NCBI GenBank assembly: GCA_965112155.1
Contig: OZ218103.1
DNA length: 64,000 bases
Source: Podarcis liolepis
Lineage: Eukaryota
Reading direction: 5' to 3' (one strand)
Below, in pieces: positions 53,355-64,000 of this stretch (the stretch's first letter is position 1; each line of letters begins with the position of its first letter). Below the pieces are notes generated by a model. That model was not told the DNA's origin. It worked only from the letters and a program-made list of their open reading frames with translations, and made no database searches. Made by a program: the position numbers and the translations under genes.

Positions 53355-53478
53355 CCCCCCTCAACCTGACACTCCCTAGATGTTTTAGATGGAAACTCCC
53401 ATCAGCTTGGCCAATGATCATGGATGATGCACATTTCTGCCCAAGGCTTCTAAAGGGCAGCAAGTTGGGGAAGATTTG
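53355..53478. mobile_element. Degenerate palindromic MITE (family A)
   Basis: TAGATGTTTTAGATGGAAACTCCCATCAGC...GGCCAATGATCATGGATGATG...CAAGTTGGGGAAG. Confidence 0.55.
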
Positions 53479-54944
53479 TATCAGGCCCCCTTATTGTTTA
53501 CTTAATATACTTTATGCCTGGATACTCCCCCCCTCCCCATTTCAAACTATTCCTCCAGTACATCATCTTTTTGTTTAGCACACAGGGACATTGAAGAGGA
53601 TTTGTTTTTCTCTGTATTCTCATCCTCTTTAGATTTATCCTTTTGTCATGAACTCTATCAGCAGGCAAGAAATTCTGAAGCACTTAAAGGATTATCCGTA
53701 TGCTATCTTTGCAACAGAGATCATTACAATATCTCTGGGAAAGCTTGCGGTTATTATTCATTTGTTGGACTTGTCGTCTAGTTTTGAGGATCAGATGCTT
53801 CACATCTGTGCATTTGTCCTCACATTTATAATAATTCAGAAATACCGACTTTTGAAATGGATGAACATCTGTAGGCAAATAGTTAGATAACAGTACAAAC
53901 AAGCCCCCAGCAAAACCTAATGGATTATTTCTAATCTTGCCTGGAATCTTTTCTCTCTTAGGGTAAATTCAGGTGGCTGATGTTTTCACACTACTGTATC
54001 TCATTTTCAGTCACAATAGGTAGGGGTCCACATGGATATCAGTTGCCTAAAGGGTCTAGCATGTAATGGATCCTGTTACTTCTGTATTTTCAACAAGCTA
54101 CCAAAATGTCGCACAAGAATTCAGTGTACAATGTAATAGACATGTGACACAATGTAATAGAAAAGGCAGACCACAGTCTTATGCAAACAGAGCGGTATGG
54201 ACAGAAGTATTGGGATAGTTATGGACTGAAAGCAACACCTACTTTATTGTTTTCACAATCTGCTATTGTGGTAGAAAATTTGTTACACCTGTGACAGGGG
54301 TTGGTTTTGTTTTGTGGATATGCCTGAGGAACCCACTGGAGATAAAACTGCTGTTTTATTACACCCTGTGGAAATACAGAAGAAAATGTGGGTATGACCC
54401 CAAAGATCTTACAGGGAAAAGTAATCAAAGGAAGAAAATTCATGAACAAGGGAACATTCAAAGTTTTCGCAGACATAGAAGGGTAATTCATACAGTGAAG
54501 TTTAAAATGGCGCTATTCAAATGAATTTCAAAGAGAGCAAATCATCATTTTCATCCTTTGTGGGAAGACGAGCTTGCTTTATTTCACAGCTTGTGGACTT
54601 AATTGTGGAAACTTTTATTTAACAATCACTCTCGGATGTTGAATAGCAGCTTCCATTTAAAGGTGCATCTTTATTGATTTTCCAAATAATACAAATAAAA
54701 GAACAGAAAAGCACAAGAAAGGGTGGGACCAAAAAAGTGCATTAAAAATGATGTCAGAAAAATCACCATGAGAAAAGAAATAATCATTTCCACTTTACAT
54801 AGGAGGAAAGAAAACCTTATATCTACGAATACCTTAACTAACATTTTATAATTCCCAATCATTGATTTAACAGTCCAGTCCAGTCCTCTATATTTATTTG
54901 TTTAATTTCATAAAAATGATTGACCATTTGATTGTAAAAAACAA

Positions 54945-55027
54945 ACCTCAAAGTGGTTCTCTTAGAGGTGAGCCTCACTGAATTTAATGGGACTTGCTCC
55001 TAAGTAAGTGTACATAGGATTGCCGTC
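54945..55027. mobile_element. Short old palindromic element
   Basis: GTGAGCCTCACTGAATTTAATGGGACTTGCTCCTAAGTAAGTGTACATAGGATTG; related remnants near 51600, 58165 and 60135. Confidence 0.5.
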
Positions 55028-56619
55028 CAATTTACATCCAAAATCTAGCTGTGAAGCAAAAAAGGGATGCTCCTACCATTTCATAGAGATCAAACTGAGA
55101 AGCAGAGAAAACAAACTCAAATGTCCTATAGAGCATTCATTCCAGAGCACAGGACAGAGTTCATTTTTCCTAAATCTCAAGGAAATTGCATCAACATCAT
55201 CTTTCTTTCACACCCTATGCACATTTACTTCCAAGTATACGTGTATAGGATTGGGTTCTTTTTAAATGTTTCCAAATAATGTTCCTTATAGTGTCTAATA
55301 AATGGGTCCAAGATCTATGAAGCCAATTTAAGCCATCTATACTGACAGAGTTCCTTCTTAAATTTTTAAATCATTAAGAAATAAATGTTTGGCATTTACT
55401 TAGAAATACACCCCTAGTGAGGCATAATTCTGAGTATAGGTGGATAGGATTGAGTTGCAAAAATGTTTAGAAAAGTAGCTTTGGTAGAAACAGATTGTGT
55501 TGTGAATATTCCCCTGCAGAGATAATGAGATCTTGTGATAGCGAGTAAAGATTCTAAATCCTGAGTTACTAAACCACAGAAGTGCTGATACAGGTCTTCA
55601 AAATGCTTGAAGGCTTTTCTTTTAATGTACGGACCTGCTTTTGCAAGTCCTCTCCCTTGGGTATGTTAAGACTTGTTTGGAGGTTTTTGGGAACTTCATA
55701 AGAACAAAAGGAACCTGTCTGCTGAAATTCCTCCCTGCAAACCTGACTTCTTTGTAATGCATTTTCATTAGGCATGTTTCTACGGGTCTTGGGTGAGATC
55801 AGCCCCCAAACTCTCAGCTTGCTTCCCAAAGCGTTAACCCTTTCCAAGGCCAAGCCTTTAGGGTGTATGAAACTTGAATAAAATGAAAACCAAGCTGAGG
55901 ACATTAGTAATGCTCCCAGCCAATAACTACCTAATAAGCAAACTGCAGGTTACCAAAGTGATAATGGCTACAAGAATAAGATGGGTGTTGTGGTGATGTG
56001 ATGAAGCACATTCCACAGAAGGAGCTGACATCCAAAATTCCTTTTTGCAGGATCATTAAACAAGTGTACTAAACCATACCTGTTTGATAGACCTTAATCA
56101 GAGCTGTTTTAGACAATCTTGCATTAGTTTCCAATAGAGTTTTGAAAAGAGATGGTAAAGAACTATTACTATATACATTTGCATCCAAATTTCAAATCAA
56201 ATTCTATCGGAAAGGTCTGAGTGAACTTAAAAACTGTCCTCTGAATGATCTTCAATGTTTCCTGGGCACATTAATGCAAGCTATATTCTAATTTATTAGG
56301 CAGAGCTACCATATGCTCAAAGAAAGGAAGACAGCTTTCTTCCCAAAAGCTGTCTTCTGTGCTCAGAGAGGACAATATTTCATGTGCTGAACTTTCAGTT
56401 GTTTCCATGTGTCTGAAGTGCTACAGATACATATTCTCCTGATGAGAGGCCTCTCCAGTGTCATCCCCTAAAATAAGCCCCACAAGGTTGTCCATTTCCT
56501 TGGAGAAATGAATGCATGGAGGGGTGAAGCCGTGTTTGCTATCTGACCCCAACCTTTAACTGTTATGTGTTCAAGGCACCATTCGCACAAGAGCATATGC
56601 TCCTATCAGAGATGTTGGA

Positions 56620-56752
56620 CATTGGTGGACTCTCCCTTCACTGGAGGATTTTAAGCCATCTATCTTGGATGTTTTAGTTGAGATTCCTGCATTGCACAGG
56701 GTCAGACTAGAAGCCCCGTGGGGTCCCTTCCAACTTTACGATTCTATGATTC
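56620..56752 (+). mobile_element. CR1 LINE 3' end
   Basis: GAGATTCCTGCATTGCA...GACTAGA...GGTCCCTTCCAACTTTACGATTCTATGATTC (CR1 octamer tail). Confidence 0.85.
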
Positions 56753-57104
56753 ATATACCCAAACATGTGTAGGCATTCTACTTGTAAACTATACACTCCA
56801 ATTTTTGCAGCCGATGCATCATGCATAGAAAATGAATGTATGCTTAGGTGTATGTGTGTCTAGAAAACCAATGCGGGTTTAGGTTCCTATGAACATGGGC
56901 ATCTTGGGAATATCAGAGGTGGCTAGCAGTCCACAACCTCAACCTACAACCTGCAGTCTCAACCTCCCTCCATTCATTTATATAATGGAATGAATGTTTG
57001 AAAGGGTCCATGCATTATACATCAAGCCAAGTCATTGGAATGCCAAGCTTTTTCATTCGAAAATCTTTCCACCTTTTATGTTTGAGGGGCTTGCTGCACA
57101 AATT

Positions 57105-57252
57105 GGACTGCCTTCCTTGGAGATTTCTAAGCAGGGTTGGATGGCCACCTGCCATGTATTATTTAGTTGAGATTCCTGCACCCCAGGGGGTTGGACTAGA
57201 TGACCCTCAGGGGTCCTTTCCAACTCTACAACTCGATGATTCTTTGATTCTA
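57105..57252 (+). mobile_element. CR1 LINE 3' end
   Basis: GCAGGGTTGGATGGCCACCTG...GGGGGTTGGACTAGATGACC...TTCCAACTCTAC...GATTCT tail. Confidence 0.85.
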
Positions 57253-59158
57253 ACCTGATTCATGTGGCTGGCTTTGAAGAGCCCAGAGTGGTTATTCAAA
57301 CCATTCTTGAATGAACTGGCTGGTTTTAGGCAGCTTTCTGAAAGATCAATTCCCCAAAACTTTAAAGCTGTTTTAAGGAGGTCTTTCTCCTTTCCTTTTC
57401 ATTATATGATGCTGTGGGAATAGCATATGAGCACTTGGGGGGAAGAGAGCAGGGGGTGGGGGTGAGAATCTCCCCATACAGATCAAGACATTCTGCCAGT
57501 TATTTTTTCTGCTTACATTCTAACATCAATGAAAACAGCAATTTATCCCTGTTTAAATTCAAGGTACTTTATAATCCTAGACAAATAAATATAGATTTAA
57601 AACCTTGGGTCTTTTTAAGGAGAGAATATTAACAAGACTGGTGATCAGTTGATACTGCTGTAATTCATATTGCTTTGACTTTCTCATAGCCATTATCTCT
57701 TCACAGAATCTTGGGCACTTTGGGGGGGGGGGTATTCCCTGCCTCCCGCCACCATCACAGCTACAGATGGAATGTGTTGAAAATCTTTCTTAAGGGTGAA
57801 ATCCTGGGTCATTCAGGCCAAGTCTCTTTACAGTAAAGGTTTTGTGAGTGTACCCAAAATGAAAATTAAGGAGAAAAAGGACACATGCACAGATGCTTGA
57901 CACAGTACATTGCCTTCAACGAAATTTGGAATTTGGCTGTTGGGGTACATCTATATGAGCACCATAAAGGAATGTGTATATACAAAATAAATAAGCATGT
58001 TATTCTCTGCTAATTAAATTGGGACTGCATGGATTCCTAAAGGTAAAATGCAACAGTTTTGACATTCTGCATTCCATATTCTTTTTCTTCCTGCACCTCA
58101 TTTCATGTTATACTTTCTGCAGCTTCAACATGTTTACTTGAAAATACATCTCTCCTTTTTAGCAGGGCTTACTTCCAATTAAGTATATACAGGCTTTGAG
58201 ACACAGTGTATCCTTTCCAGTCCTGGCTCTGCAGTAACATAACTCCCTATTCTGTCCTTTCCTTAACTATCAGCAAATGTTTACATTAAAGGATAACAGC
58301 AGCAACAACAAACAAATATAATCAAACTGTATAGTAACTCACCTGTATTTTGATCAGTTTTGATTAGTTCCAGGCCTGGGGCACCTCGGCTTTTACTTTA
58401 AGCCATTACAAAAACAAATAAACAAACAAACAAAAAATCTGAATCAAGAGAAAGAAAAAGGAAGAGAAAATATAATATAAATTACCTTTTGCTTTTTAAA
58501 AAAACTTGCTCTAAAAAAAGCAAAATAAAAATAGAAGAGAATAGATTTCAATCAAGGTTATAATGTTCATGCAGATAGGCAGGGGAAATGGAAGAGAAAT
58601 CAATTGAACACTGAAAAAGAAAAGAAAAAGAAAGCAATAAACTCATGTTAAAAGTATTTTAAAAACAATACAACAAGCAGCTCAGATATAGGACTAAATG
58701 TCTGCCCATTCAAGGTGGTGTCCATCAGTGTGAGTCTTTATTTGTCTTATGCATCAGGAGGGTTCCAGTTACCTAAATAACTTAACCAATAGGGAATGGA
58801 ATCTCTCTACCTGGTTCCACCCACCCAGAACCTCACCCTCCAGGGATAAGTGCACCTTTGCATATCTGTTAGCAAACCTCACTTTTCCCCTACACTCCAT
58901 ACCTTTTTTAAGTAAAGCCAAACCTGCAGAAAAGTGGCTCTTGAAGGGGATCCTTTTAAGAGCCTGCAAATGCAAGCTGACTGTCTCCAGTGAAGCAGGG
59001 GGTCTTTTTTCAGTCTGAGATTTTGCTATTAGAGAGGAAATTGCGGTGTTAGTGAGGATTTCTCTCGCATTTATCTGCAACACGTTTAGTCCTTATTTCG
59101 TGACAGGATTTCTTGGACCCATGAACACAAAGTTGGTGCCTTTCAGATGCTGTAGGAC

Positions 59159-59391
59159 TATTATTATTATTATTTAACACATTTATATACCACCTTCTTT
59201 TCCAAGGAGCTCAAGGTGGTATACGTGGTCTCTCCCCCCGCATTTTTATACTCACAACAATGCTATGAGGTAGGTTAGACTGAGGCAGTGACTGGCACCC
59301 AGTCACTCAGTGAGCTTCTTGGCCATGTGGTGATTTGAACCCTGGTGTCTCAGGTCCTAGTCTGACACTCTTAACTACTGCACCACAATGG
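59159..59391 (-). mobile_element. Squam3A-like tRNA-derived SINE inserted in a family A MITE (59130-59483)
   Basis: Minus-strand head TGTGGTGCAGTAGTTAAGAGTGTCAGACTAGGACC...GGGTTCAAATC, L2-type 3' end, (TAA)n tail; the MITE sequence resumes at about 59392. Confidence 0.85.
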
Positions 59392-59723
59392 AGGACAATT
59401 CTGACCATTCTTGACCAACTATTGGTCATGGTGGCTGAGGCCTATGGGATTTGGAGTTCAGGGGCATCTCAAGGCCACATGTTGGCTCTGCTGGTTTACA
59501 TTACTATCATATAAACCTACAAAGGAGTCTAAGTATAACAATTACGTGAAGACAAAATAAGACAAGTGATTCATACTACTTACAGAGCAGTGCTTGAATA
59601 ACAAAATGGCAGAGTGGGCTCAGCCACTCTACCTTTATCATGGCTCCCTTAGCTGCTGTTTTTAAAAGGATAATTGTCGGAGGCATGATTTAGCTAAAAC
59701 TGGAAGGAATCATTGGTTGGTCT

Positions 59724-59971
59724 GAGCCAGTGTGGTGCAGTGGTTAAGAGCGGTGGGGTGGACTTGTAATCTGGGGAACCGGGTTCGCGTCTCCGCTCCT
59801 CCACATGCAGCTGCTGGGTGACCTTGGGCTAGTCACACTTCTTTGAAGTCTCTCAGCCCCACTCACCTCACAGAGTGTTTGTTGTGGGGGAGGAAGGGAA
59901 AGGAGAATGTTAGTCGCTTTGAGACTCCTTAGGGTAGTGATAAAGCGGGATATCAAATCCAAACTCTTCTT
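59724..59971 (+). mobile_element. Young Squam3B-type SINE (lacertid type)
   Basis: GAGCCAGTGTGGTGCAGTGGTTAAGAGCGG (A box), GGGTTCGCGTCTCC (B box), end GCGGGATATCAAATCCAAACTCTTCTT; CpGs retained. Confidence 0.9.
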
Positions 59972-62852
59972 ATGAATTAAGGGTCCCTCTACTTCCTCCG
60001 TCCCCAAAACCTATACTGTTGTAGAGAGACACTGGGAGTGGGGAACCCCTCAATTGTATTGAACCCCTAGCTTATGTCTAGTCCTTTCCTCACACTGGTT
60101 CCCAGCTTTCTGACATAGAAATGTAATGGGCGGGCCTCATTGAAATCAATGGGGTTTAACGCTGAAACGACACGTATTGGATTGGACTGTAGACATTTTT
60201 GTCCTGCTAATCCCACATTCCAGAACTGAGTACAAAATTGTTTTCTTGGACAAATTCTTAGAGTCCCATAGAAATAACTGTTACGTTGAATTAGATATTA
60301 ACAGAAACAGAAGCGGAAATTTCTGCAATTCTCATGGTCATCTGAGGTCAGGAATGGAAATCATGCAAGTGAATATGAGCAGTAGTTGCTTTCATAGTTT
60401 GTTTGTTTTTTTAGTCTGCAAAAATTATGGAAATAATTGCATTTCCCCCTGTATTAGTTTTGACATTTCCATCCCATAGAAATGCATTGAAATTGATTAT
60501 GTAATTAAAGGCATTATGAAGTATGTAAGCTTTGGCCATAGTGCATAGTGAGACAAACAATGTAGGCTTTAGCTGAAGCGGAACTGTGGTGGAATAGAAA
60601 CAGTGCTGATTGCAATGAAATGCCTTCTTACATCCTAAATTGCAATAAACCCAAAATATACGTTAATCTACCTATTGGCTTGGGTTGGACTTCTCAACCA
60701 TCTAGCTCAAGATAAAGGTCAAATATTAGATGTTCAGTCTATACTTATTAGTATTACAGCAGCCAACACAGATGGAATACAGGGCACATAGATAGCAAAG
60801 CCATCCTGCTAAAAACTAAACCGTAAGCTCACTGAAGCTGTGAAGAATTAAATTACCCAGATGTCATTAAATTATTATTGCACAGTATACGATATTTGCT
60901 TATAGAAGGATGTCAATCAAGAAACGTTCTTACCAATCCATCTCTCCCAAGCACATTTCACAGTTCGCCTTTGGGGAAAATATGCTTGTGTGGTCCTGAA
61001 GCTTTGTTTGTTTTGACCTCTACATTTGTCCAGTAAATGAAATCAAGTTATTTACTTTGGCTGCTGGTTTGCAGGATCACATGTAATATAGGAAAGCTCA
61101 GGGCCACAACATCTCTTGGAATTGTCCACTGTAAATCCAGACAACAAACAGCTGGAGAGTAATTGTATGAAGGCTTTTCATCCCCCAAACCAGGCCTTGA
61201 ATTTATTCATGACAGGTGAAAAACTGTCTTCTGAAGGAGCTGCCTATTCAGGAGTGAGGAAGTATCCAGTTCCATTCTATTGCAATTGTAATCTTACTTC
61301 TAGCAAAAGAATATATATGTTACTCGGGTGGCTGCCGCAGGTTTTCAGTGCCACACAATTATTAAAATATAACTGTGACACTTTGCTACTTCCCTACAGC
61401 AAGGAATGTATCACATTCATACAAGAAAAAGAATCCTATCCAAAAGGATCAAGTTCTGAAATCTACATTTAACCACAGACTACCCATTTTCATTGTACTA
61501 TATGTTGATTTATATGCATGTTGCATTTTTGCTGTTGATTCTAGACAGAATAATGCTATTTATTAGGAATGTGCTCTGTGGGTTTGTGTCATCCTAAAGC
61601 AGTTTCTAGAAACATGCACAAAGTAGGGGGGATGAGGTTTGAACATAGATTCGCTGTGTTTCAAGCCACAGTGCACAGAATATGTGTTTAAGGTTGAACA
61701 AAACATCCGCATTTTGGATTGCTAAAAATACATTTCCAGGGATTGGTTCAAATTAGCTGATTTTTCTAAAAGGGTGAAATTTGCCAAAAGTATTGCAGAA
61801 ACTCAAAACTGTCCCCCAATGTTCTGCATTCTATAGATTATAACTTGTGACATGTGTGTGCTAAATTAATTTGCCTGGGTCACATAAAAGCAAATTGCCT
61901 CAAAAACTTGTGAATTACATATCCCTGCAAAGTGCTGTGAATAATCTAGTCCCACCACTGGAAGCTAAATGGCAAGTTGAAGCTTGCATTTTTTATACCA
62001 CCTGCCTCTGTGCATGATGTGGACTTATTTCAACACAGCCCTCTGGGTTAGTAAAAGCATACTGGTGGTGGTGACACATCATATGATCAGTCTATAGCTC
62101 ACCAACGCTGATAGAAAGGCCAATTGTGGAAGAATCTACCAGGTTGCCTGAAAGGCCCCAAGAGACATGCAGTTTATTACTTGCTGAAAGTTGGAAAATT
62201 TGAAACATCACTCTCCATTCTGCTGACTGCCAAGTCCGGTTGTTAGGGGTTGCAAACAGAGCTTGTGATTCATCGAATTATAGCCATTTGCTTTAAGAGC
62301 AGCAATTAGAGGTTCCCTTTGATTAGCATCCTTGTTCAATAATCGTAGGCGAGGTGGGATTTTTTGGTTCTCATCTGCATAGAATCAACCACAAGCCAAT
62401 TTTCTGAGGCTTGTGCCTCATAAAAAAAACAGAGCAACTGAACAGCAATATAGATTTCATTCAGAAAGCCAGTGCCGGCTGCTTTAATTGTTAAACTAAA
62501 TGTACCAGGCAGTCCCCAAACACCTCCAGGGTAATAGAGCCTATAGAGCTAGTAGTTGTGGTGACTGTGTTAAGGGTCTCAGAAGGGATTCTCTGAAGGA
62601 AGGAAGATAAATAATTTTCAAGTGAAACAATTAAGGATGGGTTGTAATATAATTGTAGAACAATATCCTAGGGCCCTAAAGGTGCTTGGATTTTACTTCT
62701 TCGTTAATTAAAGATAAGCCAGGATGGTCATGTTTAATTATTTAAAGATTCTTACCAACATTTCTGGTCCTCATACACAGAGGAAGATTTTAGCTTATAT
62801 TTACTATGAGTCCCCCCCCCCTACACACAGATAGAGATGCACTACCATGAAG

Positions 62853-63069
62853 AGAAGACTCCCTGGAAAAGACCCTGATGCTGGGAAAGATTGAGGGCAC
62901 AAGGAGAAGGGGATGACAGAGGACAAGATGGTTGGACAGTGTTCTCGAAGCTACTAACATGATTTTGACCAAACTGCGGGAGGCAGTGGAAGACAGGAGT
63001 GCCTGGCGTGCTCTGGTCCATGGGGTCATGAAGAGTCGGACACGACTAAATGACTAAACAACAACAACA
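62853..63069 (+). mobile_element. 5'-truncated Bov-B (RTE) LINE 3' end
   Basis: EDSLEKTLMLGKIEGTRRRG*QRTRWLD...WRALVHGVMKSRTRLND*, (CAA)n tail, 9-bp TSD ACCATGAAG (62844-62852, 63070-63078). Confidence 0.95.
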
Positions 63070-63465
63070 ACCATGAAGCTACAACTGAATTTAAAAGTAG
63101 ATCTCCTTACATGCAGAGGGAAATGATAATAATGCAATGCAAAAGATCCACATTGCATGGAGGAAACACACATGCAGAGGCAGAAAGGGGGTTATAATCG
63201 TAGGCTCCAATTATTAGAGTCTAATTGATTTAGTTTGGTGGGAAGTTTGTACACAGCTCAATTTGAGACAGAGCTTTATTGGTAGCTTAGCCTTGGAACT
63301 TCTTTCTAGTGTTAATTTACAACAAGAAAGGCCTGTTCAGATACATTTGTTGGCCTCCTTACCAAGATTTGACCTGAACCGAGACTGATATGTACTGATA
63401 TGTCTGACAATATATGTTGGCATGTTTAACTTATCCCACCACTTCTGAAGGAAGAACTGACTAAC

Positions 63466-63664
63466 CAGAGGTGCCAACTTGAACAAAACATTGGGGGTGG
63501 GGGGGGGGGGAGGTAAGCCCTGACCTGAATAATTGATCATATTATGTTGTACGTGCACACCATTTAAATGGCAACGCCCATCAACTGAGGGGACATTATT
63601 TATTATGGTATTTTATTTTAGGGGGGAGCAAAAACCCCTTGGCCCCTAGGAGTTGGTTCCTATG
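63466..63664. mobile_element. hAT-like MITE
   Basis: TIRs CAGAGGTGCCAACT / AGTTGGTTCCTATG; 8-bp TSD TGACTAAC / CGCCTAAC (6 of 8 match). Confidence 0.7.
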
Positions 63665-64000
63665 CGCCTAACTGAAATTCTAACTGAAGAAAAGGGTGAC
63701 AACTCGTTTCTCTGTGTTTCCACTGCTAAGAGAGGCCTGTATGAAAAGACATGGGTGAGAGTGACTGCATCAGTACAGTGGAACATTTTCCCCCATGAAG
63801 CCCAGATGGCCTATTAGCTGGCTGCCTTTTGCTACCTGCGGTGTGTCTCTGTATGTGTATAATTCCAGCAGGTTTTTGCTGTGAAGGTTATGTTTCCTCT
63901 TTGACTTTTGTTTTATTTTTAAGGCATATTTTATACAATAAAATAAATAAATTCAAAAGATGCATGATTTCAGGTTTCTCAAATTGGATTTTAAGGACAT

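Noticed and set aside
56327-56357. Perfect 12-bp hairpin GAAGACAGCTTT / AAAGCTGTCTTC
   Set aside because: Too short for a miRNA, with no supporting context; bacterial-type terminators are irrelevant in this genome.
59724-59800. tRNA-like sequence
   Set aside because: SINE head with A and B boxes; no complete cloverleaf, and it continues into the SINE body.
1-64000. CRISPR arrays, operons or other prokaryotic systems
   Set aside because: The sequence is vertebrate non-coding DNA; there is no repeat-spacer array and no gene-dense region.

Overview
AT-rich, CpG-depleted vertebrate non-coding DNA from a squamate reptile. It is most likely a lacertid lizard, because it carries a young Squam3B-type SINE, a Sauria/Squam1 SINE, Bov-B and a hammerhead-bearing Penelope-like fragment. 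I find no supportable host protein-coding gene. The short ORFs are either chance ORFs or pieces of LINE ORF2 (CR1, L1, L2, RTE/Bov-B). The window looks like a large intron or gene desert: repeat-free, motif-dense blocks (candidate conserved enhancers) alternate with many SINEs, truncated LINE 3' ends, MITEs (hAT-, Harbinger- and Tc1/pogo-like) and microsatellites. Several insertions are nested and have visible target-site duplications (TSDs). The highlights are a minimal type I hammerhead ribozyme in a 132-bp TSD-flanked Penelope-like insert (48411-48542), a cluster of minus-strand splice signals with a neural-microexon-like signature (58343-58653), a candidate 36-nt plus-strand cassette exon (19745-19780), and repeated retro-insertion into the same arm of one palindromic MITE family. 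Repeat family names come from recalled consensus features, not from a database search. The host locus cannot be identified from the sequence alone.
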